Shown here one piece after another: positions 24,746 to 35,432 of a stretch of DNA of 64,000 nt. Within the stretch, counting starts at the first letter, position 1. Every line of letters begins with the position of its first letter. Under the pieces are notes generated by a model. The model saw nothing but the letters and a program-made list of their open reading frames with translations. It had not been told where the DNA came from and ran no database searches. Both the position numbers and the translations under genes were made by a program. This stretch comes from an uncultured bacterium (GTDB lineage: Bacteria > Omnitrophota > Omnitrophia > Omnitrophales > Abzuiibacteriaceae). The stretch covers positions 37,059-101,058 of the forward strand of contig CAYLXA010000010.1 of assembly GCA_964387845.1 (NCBI GenBank). Direction: 5' to 3'.

Positions 24746-26347
24746 ATGCCGAACGCACTCCCCCTGATTGCTGACCGCGAATGGGAAGTTTTTATCATCG
24801 GCGGCGGCATCAACGGATGCGCCATCGCACGCGATTCAGTCCTCCGCGGTTTTAAGACCGCACTCGTCGAACGGAATGATTTCGCTTCCCAAACTTCAAG
24901 CCGTACCACCAAACTCATTCATGGCGGCATCCGCTATCTCGAACAAATGGAGTTTGGTCTCGTTTACGAATGTCTCCATGAACGCACAATTCTCATGACG
25001 ATCGCACCGCACTTGGTGCGTCCGCTTCCATTCTTAATTCCGGTGATGAAAAGCGACCGCTATCCCCTGCCGTTTGTCCAATTCGGAACCTGGCTTTACG
25101 CGATGCTGGCCGGCCGCGATCAAATCAAACCCAAAGAAAATTTCTCATCAAAAAACCTTTTAAGCCGGTATCCGTTTCTGGACAAATCAAAACTAAAAGG
25201 TGCGGTCCGGTATTTTGATGCGCAAATGGATGACATCCGGCTTTGCCTTGAAACCGCATTATCCGCCCAAATGGAAGGCGCTGCGATTGCCAATCACGTT
25301 GAAGTCACCCGGATCGGAATCCGGAAAGACGGAAAATTCGACATCACAATGGAAGATACGCTTACGCGTGATCAAGCAAAGGCCCGCGCAGTTAAAATCA
25401 TCAATGCCGCAGGCCCTTGGGCAGACCGGATGCTTTCGATTTTAGAACCCCGCCACAAACCTTTGCTTCATTTGAGCAAAGGCGTGCATTTGATTACCAA
25501 GAAAAAAATCTCCGATGATGCCATTTTGCTTTTATCAAGCGACAACCGTGTCATTTTCATTATCCCCTGGCATGATAAATCCTTAATCGGAACAACCGAT
25601 ACCGAATTTCGCGGCTTGCCGGAAGATGCTGTAGCTACCGAAGATGACATTTCATTTTTATTGGATGAGGTAAAGCGGATCGGGCCTGATTTGAACATCA
25701 GCCGGCGGGATATTGTTACTACCTTTGCCGGTGTACGGCCGATTGCCGTGGGGAGCGCTAAAAATACGGCAAAATTAAGCAGGCGCCATGTGATCCGGGA
25801 ACTGCCTCCTGGATTTTTCTCGATCGCCGGCGGAAAATATACGACACACCGCTTGCTTGCACAGGAAGTTTGCGATTTGCTTGAAAAGTCCCTGAAAAAA
25901 TCAAAGCGTCTGTGCAAAACTGCCGAAATGCCGCTCCTCGGAAGTTTTGACCTGCCTTACGAGGAAGCCAATTTTCACATTCCAAATGATATCTCCGGGC
26001 TCAATCGGAATACGCTGGAACATTTGATCCAAATTTACGGGCGCCAAATCAGGCATGTGGTTGCCGTTGCAAACCGCAGCCAAAATTTACAGAAACCATT
26101 CTGCGCGCATCATGCCATAATCGGTGCACAAGTCATTTATGCCATTGAGCATGAGCTTGCACAAACTTTAGCGGATGTCTGCGTGAGAAGGCTCCGGCTT
26201 GACCAAACCGCCTGCCGCGGACTTGATTGTGTCAGAAAAGTAGCCGATTTGATGTCAGACCGGCTCCGTTGGTCACCTGCCAAGAAAGAAACGGAAGTAG
26301 CCCACTATTTGGATTGGGTTAAATTAAACACGCAATTCGTGGTTTAG
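24746..26347 (+). CDS. glpD: FAD-dependent glycerol-3-phosphate dehydrogenase
   Basis: FIIGGGINGCAIARD dinucleotide-binding motif; 533 aa; LIHGGIRYLEQ. Confidence 0.75.
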   Translation: MPNALPLIADREWEVFIIGGGINGCAIARDSVLRGFKTALVERNDFASQTSSRTTKLIHGGIRYLEQMEFGLVYECLHERTILMTIAPHLVRPLPFLIPVMKSDRYPLPFVQFGTWLYAMLAGRDQIKPKENFSSKNLLSRYPFLDKSKLKGAVRYFDAQMDDIRLCLETALSAQMEGAAIANHVEVTRIGIRKDGKFDITMEDTLTRDQAKARAVKIINAAGPWADRMLSILEPRHKPLLHLSKGVHLITKKKISDDAILLLSSDNRVIFIIPWHDKSLIGTTDTEFRGLPEDAVATEDDISFLLDEVKRIGPDLNISRRDIVTTFAGVRPIAVGSAKNTAKLSRRHVIRELPPGFFSIAGGKYTTHRLLAQEVCDLLEKSLKKSKRLCKTAEMPLLGSFDLPYEEANFHIPNDISGLNRNTLEHLIQIYGRQIRHVVAVANRSQNLQKPFCAHHAIIGAQVIYAIEHELAQTLADVCVRRLRLDQTACRGLDCVRKVADLMSDRLRWSPAKKETEVAHYLDWVKLNTQFVV

Positions 26348-27031
26348 TCAATTTTTCGATACGTAGGCCAAAAATTGCTCGGCGTTTTCCAGATTGGGCA
26401 ACAAAAAATCAGGGTTGAGCATCTTCAACTGTTCTACGGAAAGCGAACCGGTTGCAACTCCGATGGCATGAAGTCCGAGCGCTTTGGCGCAAGCCATGTC
26501 GGCTTGAGCGTCCCCAACTAGAAAAATATTCTTCTTTTCAATCGGTTTTCCGAATGATTGAAGGCCGCGTTCAAGTGCTTTTTCGGTCATTTGAAGCCGG
26601 TCATGAGAATCACTGCCGTAGCCGCCGAAAGAAAAAAAGTGATCAATTTTTCCGCGCTTCAATTTTCGAATCGCCGTCTCCTTGTAATTTCCGGTCGCGA
26701 TACCCAAATGATATTTTTCCTGCGACAACATGCTCAGAAGTTTCTCGACTCCCAGCAACAACTTGAAATGAACAACCTGTTCAAACATATCGTTAAAATA
26801 TTGAATATAGCGCTTGGTCACTTCGGTTTTCTCAGAATCTTCGAGCTTCCGGCCCAGTGCCGACTGCGCAAGATCGTGAATGATGAGGCAGTCTGTTTTT
26901 CCGTGCGGATCATAATTTCCCCAGACATTGTCGATTTGGAACATTTCCTGAAAAATCCGGTTAAACGCGATTCGACCGATGCCGCCTGCCAGTAGCAATG
27001 TGCCGTCGATATCGAAAATAATGATTTTCAT
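26348..27031 (-). CDS. HAD-superfamily hydrolase (phosphoglycolate phosphatase-like)
   Basis: MKIIIFDIDGTLL motif I; C-terminal VGDAQADM motif. Confidence 0.75.
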   Translation of the reverse strand: MKIIIFDIDGTLLLAGGIGRIAFNRIFQEMFQIDNVWGNYDPHGKTDCLIIHDLAQSALGRKLEDSEKTEVTKRYIQYFNDMFEQVVHFKLLLGVEKLLSMLSQEKYHLGIATGNYKETAIRKLKRGKIDHFFSFGGYGSDSHDRLQMTEKALERGLQSFGKPIEKKNIFLVGDAQADMACAKALGLHAIGVATGSLSVEQLKMLNPDFLLPNLENAEQFLAYVSKN

Positions 27032-27034
27032 CGG

Positions 27035-28207
27035 TTAAGCCAAAAAACTATAAGCCGGTAAATTGTCTCCGATCAGCGGAAGCGCGTATTCGCCAAATGC
27101 TTTGGTGACAAAATTTCCCTCACGATTGATAAACCGATCCGGAAGCTTCTTTTCGGTAGCGGCCACGTGCTCCAGCGGAATTTGAGAATATAAAACGCGG
27201 TATGGCTTTGTTGAAACCCGCTCGATGGCAACCATGACACCCGAATAATCGGATCTTGCCAAGCGGACCGCGTGCCGGCCGCACTGAAAAGCTTCTTTTT
27301 GATCAATTTTCGAAATATACGGCATCGACATGCGCTGAAGGGTACCGGGTTTATCAAACCGAGCGCGAATCTTGAGTTTCTGGGCAATAAGTCCGCACAA
27401 ATACTGCGCTGCGCCTTCGACATACACATGGCCGAATTTATCTTTTTTAACGGCTTGATTGGCAGAACCGATTCGCTTTCCGTTTTTGTCGCGGATAGTC
27501 TCCGAGATAACGATCAATGCATAACCAAATTTCTTATGAATTTTCCGGACATCTTGTATGAATTTCTTTTCATCAAACGCCCGCTCCGGAAAATACAAAA
27601 GATGTGGGCCATCCTCCGGCTTCTGTATGGCCAGCGTCGAAGCGGCCACGATCCAGCCCGAGTTTCTGCCCATCACTTCAATAATTTTGACCGGATCCGT
27701 CGTCCTTGCGGCACGCGTATCCACGGAAGCTTCCTGGGCAGCAATTGCAAAAAAACGCGCGACACTGCCGTAACCCGGCGCATGGTCCATGCCGGGCAAA
27801 TCGTTATCAATCGTTTTAGGAATTGCAATGACTTGAAGGTCTTGCTCATCTGCGCGTGCCGTTTTCTCCAAGAGGAGCCCCGTTGCGGCCGAATCATTGC
27901 CACCGATTAAAAACAAGACGCTGATTTTCTTTTTACTCAACGTTCTAACAATGGCTCTTGCTTCTCTAACGTTTAATTTATGCCGGCAGGTTCCGAGCGC
28001 CGAAGACGGTGATTGCTTTAAATTTTGGATGGTTTTTTTCGGAAGATGCGTTAAATCAATCCAATCTGATTTTAAAAGCCCGAGGACACCAAATTTGACA
28101 CCGTAAAGCTTTGAGAATTCCCTGCTCGATTCGATCACGCCCGCCAAACTTTGATTGATAACGGCTGTCGCGCCGCCGGACTGCAAAATAACCGCACGTT
28201 TTTTCAT
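27035..28207 (-). CDS. pfk: 6-phosphofructokinase (likely PPi-dependent type)
   Basis: ILQSGGATAVINQS and LFLIGGNDS PFK motifs; 390 aa. Confidence 0.75.
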   Translation of the reverse strand: MKKRAVILQSGGATAVINQSLAGVIESSREFSKLYGVKFGVLGLLKSDWIDLTHLPKKTIQNLKQSPSSALGTCRHKLNVREARAIVRTLSKKKISVLFLIGGNDSAATGLLLEKTARADEQDLQVIAIPKTIDNDLPGMDHAPGYGSVARFFAIAAQEASVDTRAARTTDPVKIIEVMGRNSGWIVAASTLAIQKPEDGPHLLYFPERAFDEKKFIQDVRKIHKKFGYALIVISETIRDKNGKRIGSANQAVKKDKFGHVYVEGAAQYLCGLIAQKLKIRARFDKPGTLQRMSMPYISKIDQKEAFQCGRHAVRLARSDYSGVMVAIERVSTKPYRVLYSQIPLEHVAATEKKLPDRFINREGNFVTKAFGEYALPLIGDNLPAYSFLA

Positions 28208-28980
28208 GATGAATGTTTCATTATAAATTGAATAGGCCGTTCGTAAAAATCCGGACCGGCTTGAAACGGCAGTTCATTATGTGTCCCGCCCCGAACCTCA
28301 AATAATTCTTTCGGCTGAGGCGCTGCTTCAAAAAGTTGTTTTCCCATTTCGAACGGACAGATTTCATCGTCGGTGCCGTGAACAATCAATAAAGGTGATT
28401 TCAATTTCGATACTTTTTCGTCGTTTCGCATTTGAAATCCCGAAAGCCATCCCGACGGAATGAAAGGATAATGCTTTTTTGCCATATCGGCAAGCGAAGT
28501 AAAGGGGGCTTCTAAAATTACCGCTTTGTATGCCGAATGAGACGCAAGCTCTAAGATTGGGGCCGCGCCGATGGATTCGCCGTATAGAATAATATCCGAA
28601 CTTTTAATTGTTTTTTCTTTTGTAAGCCAGTCAAGCCCCGATTGCGCATCAGCATACAAGTCTTTTTCGCCCGTGATTTTTCCTTCACTTTTTCCGTAGC
28701 TGCGATAATCCAGCAAAAAAACCGAAAACCCGCGCTTGATCCATTCTTCCGCTTTAAATAAGCGGTCCGCGATATTGCCCGCGTTGCCGTGTAAAAAGTA
28801 AACAACGCCTTTGGGCCCGGGCGCAGGCAAAAACCATCCGGAGATTTTAACATTGTCAGATGTCATAAGGAGAACCGTCTCCGACTTAAGGCCTAAATTC
28901 TCAGGCAAAACACCGTAGGATCCGGCCGGAAAGAAGATAAACGATGCGATCATGATGTTCAGGAGTTGTGCGATATTCAT
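28204..28980 (-). CDS. alpha/beta hydrolase (S9/dienelactone hydrolase-like)
   Basis: GESIGAAP nucleophile elbow; HGTDDE near C-terminus. Confidence 0.65.
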   Translation of the reverse strand: MNIAQLLNIMIASFIFFPAGSYGVLPENLGLKSETVLLMTSDNVKISGWFLPAPGPKGVVYFLHGNAGNIADRLFKAEEWIKRGFSVFLLDYRSYGKSEGKITGEKDLYADAQSGLDWLTKEKTIKSSDIILYGESIGAAPILELASHSAYKAVILEAPFTSLADMAKKHYPFIPSGWLSGFQMRNDEKVSKLKSPLLIVHGTDDEICPFEMGKQLFEAAPQPKELFEVRGGTHNELPFQAGPDFYERPIQFIMKHSS

Positions 28981-29065
28981 TTAAAGTGACGGATATTATC
29001 GCACAAAACAAGGAAAGCGGAAAGAGTAAGCCCTTGTGCTGGCTTAATTGAGCTGCGTGAGAGCC

Positions 29066-29458
29066 TTAGGCAGATTTTCTGGTCGTCGCGAATCCTAAAA
29101 ACCGGGAAACCAAAGTCGTTTCCACAGAAAATGCGGAATTGCGCCGAAGAGATTCAAAACTAGCGTCGGCCTTGGCTTGTACGTCACGATTCAGCATATC
29201 GCTCAAAGCCGGCAGCATATCGTCCGCACGCGCCTCAACCGAAATTGATTTTGTCCGAATCTCCTCAATTTCATACTTCGCTGATTCAGGCTGTAATGCT
29301 TCGGTTGTAATATTGATGCCGGCCGAATGAGAAGCGCCCGGCAAAATAATCTGCGGATTGAATACTTCGGCTTCGTGAATCGGCTGAGCAAACATAGGCT
29401 GGCCGAATATAAAGACACATACCAATAAAATCTTAAGGAACTTAATCGGGTTTTTCAT
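29066..29458 (-). CDS. small secreted hypothetical protein
   Basis: Signal-peptide-like N-terminus (MKNPIKFLKILLVCVFIFGQPMFA). Confidence 0.4.
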   Translation of the reverse strand: MKNPIKFLKILLVCVFIFGQPMFAQPIHEAEVFNPQIILPGASHSAGINITTEALQPESAKYEIEEIRTKSISVEARADDMLPALSDMLNRDVQAKADASFESLRRNSAFSVETTLVSRFLGFATTRKSA

Positions 29459-29910
29459 CTTCTCTTATCCTTTCTGGTTCTGCCCGAGCTCACTTCAAGC
29501 AAAGGCATAAGAGAAGAAACGGTGGGATTTATTTCAGCGTCTCTTTCAAAATGCCCCTCTGAGAATCTTTCGAAAAAGAATCTCTCAGAAGGGCTTTGAA
29601 AGAGTCCTTCTAAGAAGATTGGCAACCCAGCCTTCCTCACCCGTCCGTGTAGGAACCGTGGCTTTGCGTCACCGGATTACTCCCCCGCTAAACTGAATAG
29701 CGAGTCCGCCAAGATTTGTGGCGGAAGTTTTGCCTTTTTCAGACCTCCTAAAATGTGAGCTTTCAACGAGCAACTTGCTTAATAAAAAGGTGCCCCATGA
29801 CTTTTTTAATGTCAAGAGTAACACCCCTCTTTTTTCAATACAAAAGGGAGTTATTTTAACGCTTAAATATGTATGTAAGTCATTAATATATAATGACTTA
29901 CATCAATTTA

Positions 29911-32900
29911 TTAGGAGAATAATGCGGGTTGTCTGCGAGTCGACCACTGAGGAAAAAGAGGAGATAACAGTTGGCTGACATCAATTCCTAAGCCGGCAAA
30001 TCCTGAAAAAACAGGCGGAACCGGCGGAATATTGGGAAAAAGGAGGTTTCCGTTAAAAAACACATTTCCGGAAGGCTCATTGGGGCCGCCTAAATCGAAA
30101 TTCAGGTCGGTATTCGGATTCACTAATTCACCATTAATATCACCGTCGATGCTAATCGATGTACCGCCGCCATCTTGGCCGCCTGCGATTGTGGTCAGAA
30201 CCGCACCGTTATTAATATCAACATCGATGCCGTCACCGGTGACGCCAATCGTACCGCCTGCTGTTATACTGGAATCGGATCCGGCCGTAATATTATTCGC
30301 TGCACCGTTTCCATCCAGGACATTTCCGGTTGTGGCTTCAATCATCACACTGCCATTGCCGGCATTAATGGTTCCTAAAATAAGGTCACCTGTCGGCGTA
30401 ATCACGCAAATATCGCCATTCGCAACGGATGAATTGGCATTGATCGTCGCCCCATCGGCCTCCATGATGAAAATACCGCCGGTTTGGCTGATCGCGTTGA
30501 TCGTATTCGCTGCGGTATTCATTTTATTGAGAAGTGTTCCGACCGAATTTCCAAAAAATTCAATATTGCTGCTCGTAATCACCGTTCCGATATTTCCGTC
30601 ATCAAAAACATTGCCTGCTTGCGCCGTAAAACTCGCTGAGTTGGTCGTGTTCACACTGCCGACGGTGATATCGCCCGCCGTTGTGGTCAATGAAAAATCA
30701 GAATAACCGTTGATGCCTGTTGCCGAAGAAGCGCCGCCTGCTGTTGCGGTGACTGAGCCATTGGTCAAAAAGTTAGCGCCCGTAAAATTCATCCCGTTCA
30801 AACTGTTCATCGCAATGTTGCCATTCGCCGTGCTTTGAGCCACAAATGAATTCACATTAAAATCAATGTCGCCGTTTGCAAGTGCAGAACCAATATTCCC
30901 AAGCGCCGTCAAGGAAAGTGAATTTGCATTAATCCGCGTTGATTGCACAAAATCATCCACGATATTTCCGCCGGATGCGGTCAATGTTACATCGCCGTTG
31001 CCGGCATTGATACTTTGCAACGCCGCATCACCCAGAACCATATCGCCTGTGGCGCTATTAATATTGATATCGCCATTCGCAGCCGAAGAATCCAAACCTT
31101 GAATGGTGACCGCGTCTAATTCATCAATAAAAATACCGCCGTTATTTGCAGTAATGCTGAGCGTAGCTGCTGCTGTGTTAATTTTGTTAGCAAGTGTCCC
31201 AACGGCATCTCCGATTAATGTGATGAGCCCGCCTGTGATTCTGGTAGCGTTGTTGGCGTCATCCACCAAATTTCCAGCTGCCGCCGAAAGCACCACATCA
31301 CCCAAGCCTGCGTTGATGGTTCCAATGGTTAAATTGCCGAGTGTTGAAACAACATCAATCGTGCCATTTGCAGCCGAAGAATTCATATTGTTCAAAGTTG
31401 CGCCATTGGATTCACGCAAGAAAATGCCGCCGGCGTTTGCGGTTGCGTTCAATGTTGCTGCCGTCGTATTAATTCTCGCCGCCAAAGTTCCGATTGCATT
31501 TCCGACAAGCGTAATCACGTTGCCGCTTAAATTAGAAGTAGCATCTACCAGATTTCCCGCGAGCGCTGTTAAACCGATATTTCCGGCTGTCGTGATAGTG
31601 CCAAGATTTAGATCGCCGGTTGTGGACGTCACATTGATATCGCCGGAACCCGTTGTGGCACCGACGGTCGCTCCGTTGGATTCTGTGACGTTGATTTCGC
31701 CTGTGCCGGTTCCTGTGATGTTAAGAGTTGTGGCCGTGGTATTAATCGCAGCGCCTGATTGACCCACGTCACCGTCCGCGCCGCCTGCAATTAAGTTCAC
31801 AATCACACCTGCAACACTGGAAGCCACGCCACCCAATAAGTCACCTGCCAAAGCTGTTAAAGTTACATTGCCGGTTGTGGAGATGGTTCCAAGCGTTAAA
31901 TCACCGGTGGTTGTTCTGACATCAATATTGCCGGAACCTGTCGTGGCGCCGACTGTCGCTCCGTTCGACTCTGTTACGAAAATATCGCCTGTGCCCGCAC
32001 CGGTTAAGTTTAACGTGCCGGCCGTGGTCATAATTCGTCTCGTAGAAGTTCCGACATCACCGTCCGCGCCGCCCGCTGCGAGATTGACTGTAGTGCCGGT
32101 TACGGATGAATCCGCGTTCGTGTCGGTCACATCGCCATTTGAAGCAGCTAACGTCACTGCATTCGTAGCGCTCACGGTCCCGACTTCGAGATCACCCGAA
32201 GTGGTTGTCATGGAAAAATTTGTGTAGCCGGTTGCGCCGGTAATGGACGAAGCACCCTCGGTTGTAACTGTCACAGACCCGGCGGTAACAAAATCAGCGC
32301 CCGTTAAAGTCGCGCCGCCGCCTGCGATTCTCGCAAAAATATCACCATTACCAGAACTTGTCAGCGCTCCGACATTAGTAGTGGATGTGATATCCACGTC
32401 GCCATTCGCAGCTGATGAACCGATATTACTGGACGCGGTCATGTTCACAGTTGAAGCAGAAACCGCCGTCGCTTGATTTCCGTCATCTAAAATGTGCCCG
32501 GCGTTGGCATTAACCGTCACCGTGTTTTCGGCATTCACAGTGCCAAGCGTCACATTACCGGTGGTTGCCGTTAAATCGATATTGTTTGTGCCGGTCCCGG
32601 TGGCAGAAGCATTGACGACCGTTAAATCACCGGCAGCCGTAATAATAATTGAATCATTTACGGCAGATGCGTTGTTAACCGTCAGCGCCTGATCATTGGT
32701 AACGATAATTCGCCCATTGGCAGCAGCTGCATTCAGGGAGTTTGCACTAAGGTCAATATCGCGATTGCCGGTCGTTTGTCCGATATCCACCGCCGCATTG
32801 AGCGTTACTTCGTCGCCCGTAATTCGGGTTGCATCATCGTTATCATCCAGAATCGATCCGTTGGTTGAAGTAACCGACACATCCCCGTTTCCGGCATCCA

Positions 32901-35169
32901 CAGCCCGGACTGTAATATTGCCGCGGCCTGAAATGGCAATATCGCCATCGTTCGTTATGACAGATGAGTTATTCGCCATCGAGAAATTGCCGCTCGAATC
33001 ATTATCGCTGTTGGCCGTCAGTGTAATATTTCCGCCTCCTGTACTCTGAACGATGGTATTTGAGGAAATCGAAAGATTGTTGCCTGCCAGCAAATTAATG
33101 CTGCCGGCAACGGATTGCACATCACTGTTGACGTTGAGATTGTTGAATGCGTTCGCGGTGACGCCGCCGTTGCCCTGGACCAGTCCGGCTAATGTAATAT
33201 TGTTAAAACTGGTAGACGCTCCGGTTCCGATCGTGATTTGACTATTCGCGCCGGTTGCAGATACATTGCGAATTGTGGTATTACCGGAACCGTAAATTTC
33301 AACATCGCCGCCGGCCAAAATTCCGGAATTGTTCGCCATAGTGAATGTTCCGCTTCCGTCATTGTTTGCATCCGCGTTCAGCAAAACATTTCCGTTGGTG
33401 GATTCAATTTCATAAGCAACGCTTCCGTTGGAATTGTTGCTGATTGAAATTCCGTCATTGGCCATGACTGTAATCCCGGCTGCAGCTGATAAATAAGGAA
33501 CCGTGAGATTTCCGCCGTTAATGGTCACGCTGTCGAAAGCCCGGTTAGTTCCGACCCGGATTTGTCCGTTTGTCGAGCGCACTTCGCGTAAAGTTGCAGA
33601 AGCTGCGGATGACCCGTCAATGGTGATATCACCAAACGCCAAAAGCTTCGAACCATTGTTCATCGTAAAAACGCCGTCATCGTTTGTATTGTTCGCATCG
33701 GTGATAACGGTAATAGTTCCGCCAGTTGACTGGATTGTGACGTTGTTATTAATGATGATGCCGCCGGCTGAGGTAAGCAAAATGTCGCCAGCAATAATTT
33801 GATTGGTAGAGATGGTAATATTTGCGTCCGGATCAAAAATAACGAGCCCGCCCGTGAAGCCATCCGCCACAACTTGCAGAACGGTACCGCCGACATGTAA
33901 ATCGCCGCCGAAAGCCGACAGGTCGAGCGTCCCGCCGTTTCCGGTAATACCGCCCGAGATATCAATCAAAGCATCCTGCTGAAAATCAGTACTGCCATAA
34001 AGGGAATTGATATAGATATTGCCGCCTTGCGACAATTCGCCGATTCCGCGGGATGAAACGAGAGAGCCGGAAAGTAAATAAGTTCCGTACAGTGAAACAA
34101 TATCAATGTTGCCGGCCGTGCCGTAATCCAACGCATTGGCTGAAATAATTCCAGAATGCTCAATCGTGTCGGACAAAATATTGATTGAGCCTCCGTTCGG
34201 ATTTTCTACCGAACCATCCGCAATAATGCTTCCGGAATTCACAATCGCACCGTTGGCAACCAATTCGATAACGCCATTTTGATTTACAACGCTCGTTGCT
34301 TCAATGATGCCGGTGTTGTTTACAAGATAAGTAAAAAGATCATTAACTGCCTCAGCTTGTAAAATAATTTTTCCGCCGTTTGCGCGAATCACGCCGGAAT
34401 TCAGAATCGCATCTTCGGCATCGGTAATGGTAGAAGCCAGCTGCTCATCGACAACCAGATTGATCAAGCCCTGCGGATCAAACGTGAGCGTCAGTTTTTC
34501 GCCGCTTGCCATGACAATGGAACCAAGGTCCGCAATCACGCTGCCGGAATTAGCGACCGATCCGCCCAAAAGCACCACAAAACCGCCCGGTTGAGCCGTG
34601 ATGGTTCCTTGATTGACCACACTGCCCGCCTGCGAACCGTTTTCAAAAATTAAACTGCCGGCCAGAAAATTTGAATTTGAAAGCGTGAGACTTGATGCAA
34701 TAAAACCCGCAACATTGATGCTGGCGCCTGCGCCGATATGAATGCCCGCCGGATTGACGAGAAAAACATAACCGTTTGAGAAAATGGAGCCAAAAATATT
34801 GGACGTCGCTCCGCTGATATCATTATTGAGGATAGAACCGCCCGCAATGGAGAAAAGAAATGAAAATGTTTGCCCGATGTCGATATTAAAACCGTTCCAA
34901 TTGAGAATCGTGCCGTCCTGAACGTCCGTAAAAGAATATCCGGAACCGGTATCCGTGCAGCCGCCGTATCCACCGGTTACAACCGTAACGCCGTCGCAAG
35001 CAAAGGCAGAAAAAACCTGAAGGAAAACAAACAGGAAAATAGCGAGAAACGCAACGGGCTTGGAGCGCTTTCGTATTGTAATCAGCTTTCCTTGTCTCGG
35101 AAAATCCATTAACACTCTTTCCTCTTGGATTTCCCTGAGTTCGGAAGCTGACTGCCATGACGGTTGCAA
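29911..35169 (-). CDS. two-partner-secretion exoprotein TpsA-2 (filamentous haemagglutinin family, 1752 aa)
   Basis: N-terminal TPS/haemagglutination-activity domain (NWNGFNIDIGQTFSF...NPAGIHIGAGASINVAGFIASSL), followed by long Gly/Asn/Thr/Ala-rich beta-helical repeats. Confidence 0.8.
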   Translation of the reverse strand: MQPSWQSASELREIQEERVLMDFPRQGKLITIRKRSKPVAFLAIFLFVFLQVFSAFACDGVTVVTGGYGGCTDTGSGYSFTDVQDGTILNWNGFNIDIGQTFSFLFSIAGGSILNNDISGATSNIFGSIFSNGYVFLVNPAGIHIGAGASINVAGFIASSLTLSNSNFLAGSLIFENGSQAGSVVNQGTITAQPGGFVVLLGGSVANSGSVIADLGSIVMASGEKLTLTFDPQGLINLVVDEQLASTITDAEDAILNSGVIRANGGKIILQAEAVNDLFTYLVNNTGIIEATSVVNQNGVIELVANGAIVNSGSIIADGSVENPNGGSINILSDTIEHSGIISANALDYGTAGNIDIVSLYGTYLLSGSLVSSRGIGELSQGGNIYINSLYGSTDFQQDALIDISGGITGNGGTLDLSAFGGDLHVGGTVLQVVADGFTGGLVIFDPDANITISTNQIIAGDILLTSAGGIIINNNVTIQSTGGTITVITDANNTNDDGVFTMNNGSKLLAFGDITIDGSSAASATLREVRSTNGQIRVGTNRAFDSVTINGGNLTVPYLSAAAGITVMANDGISISNNSNGSVAYEIESTNGNVLLNADANNDGSGTFTMANNSGILAGGDVEIYGSGNTTIRNVSATGANSQITIGTGASTSFNNITLAGLVQGNGGVTANAFNNLNVNSDVQSVAGSINLLAGNNLSISSNTIVQSTGGGNITLTANSDNDSSGNFSMANNSSVITNDGDIAISGRGNITVRAVDAGNGDVSVTSTNGSILDDNDDATRITGDEVTLNAAVDIGQTTGNRDIDLSANSLNAAAANGRIIVTNDQALTVNNASAVNDSIIITAAGDLTVVNASATGTGTNNIDLTATTGNVTLGTVNAENTVTVNANAGHILDDGNQATAVSASTVNMTASSNIGSSAANGDVDITSTTNVGALTSSGNGDIFARIAGGGATLTGADFVTAGSVTVTTEGASSITGATGYTNFSMTTTSGDLEVGTVSATNAVTLAASNGDVTDTNADSSVTGTTVNLAAGGADGDVGTSTRRIMTTAGTLNLTGAGTGDIFVTESNGATVGATTGSGNIDVRTTTGDLTLGTISTTGNVTLTALAGDLLGGVASSVAGVIVNLIAGGADGDVGQSGAAINTTATTLNITGTGTGEINVTESNGATVGATTGSGDINVTSTTGDLNLGTITTAGNIGLTALAGNLVDATSNLSGNVITLVGNAIGTLAARINTTAATLNATANAGGIFLRESNGATLNNMNSSAANGTIDVVSTLGNLTIGTINAGLGDVVLSAAAGNLVDDANNATRITGGLITLIGDAVGTLANKINTAAATLSITANNGGIFIDELDAVTIQGLDSSAANGDININSATGDMVLGDAALQSINAGNGDVTLTASGGNIVDDFVQSTRINANSLSLTALGNIGSALANGDIDFNVNSFVAQSTANGNIAMNSLNGMNFTGANFLTNGSVTATAGGASSATGINGYSDFSLTTTAGDITVGSVNTTNSASFTAQAGNVFDDGNIGTVITSSNIEFFGNSVGTLLNKMNTAANTINAISQTGGIFIMEADGATINANSSVANGDICVITPTGDLILGTINAGNGSVMIEATTGNVLDGNGAANNITAGSDSSITAGGTIGVTGDGIDVDINNGAVLTTIAGGQDGGGTSISIDGDINGELVNPNTDLNFDLGGPNEPSGNVFFNGNLLFPNIPPVPPVFSGFAGLGIDVSQLLSPLFPQWSTRRQPALFS

Positions 35170-35432
35170 CCGTTTTAGGCTCTTGAGTTTTGCCTCATTC
35201 TACGCTCAGTCGCTTACGCGCTGGGCTTCGAAGAGCTCTACGAAGCCAAGCCGCGAAGGACTTGGCGAAGTAGAGGCCTTACTCTTTCGAGTAATTTGCC
35301 TCCGCCATACAGCGTAGCGGATCCGCCACGCTTTGTGGCGGACTTTCGTTCAGAGATAAGATGATAAAACTAAAAAAAATTTTACCATATTGAGAAGATA
35401 TTGCAAAAATTAAGATAAAAAACAGATAAAAC

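Noticed and set aside
29500-29640. Possible structured RNA downstream of tpsA-2 (direct repeats agaatctct plus the hairpin gaagggctttgaaagagtccttc)
   Set aside because: Most simply read as the tpsA-2 terminator and the promoter region of the next gene. The repeats are short and imperfect.
30032-33802. Many plus-strand ORFs (30032..30706, 31103..31762, 31868..32227, 32696..33049, 33503..33802 and others) inside the TpsA-2 gene
   Set aside because: The Ala/Val/Pro/Ser-rich translations are the antisense of Gly/Asn/Thr-rich beta-helix repeats. They lack starts with RBS and tile the opposite strand of a confidently identified gene.
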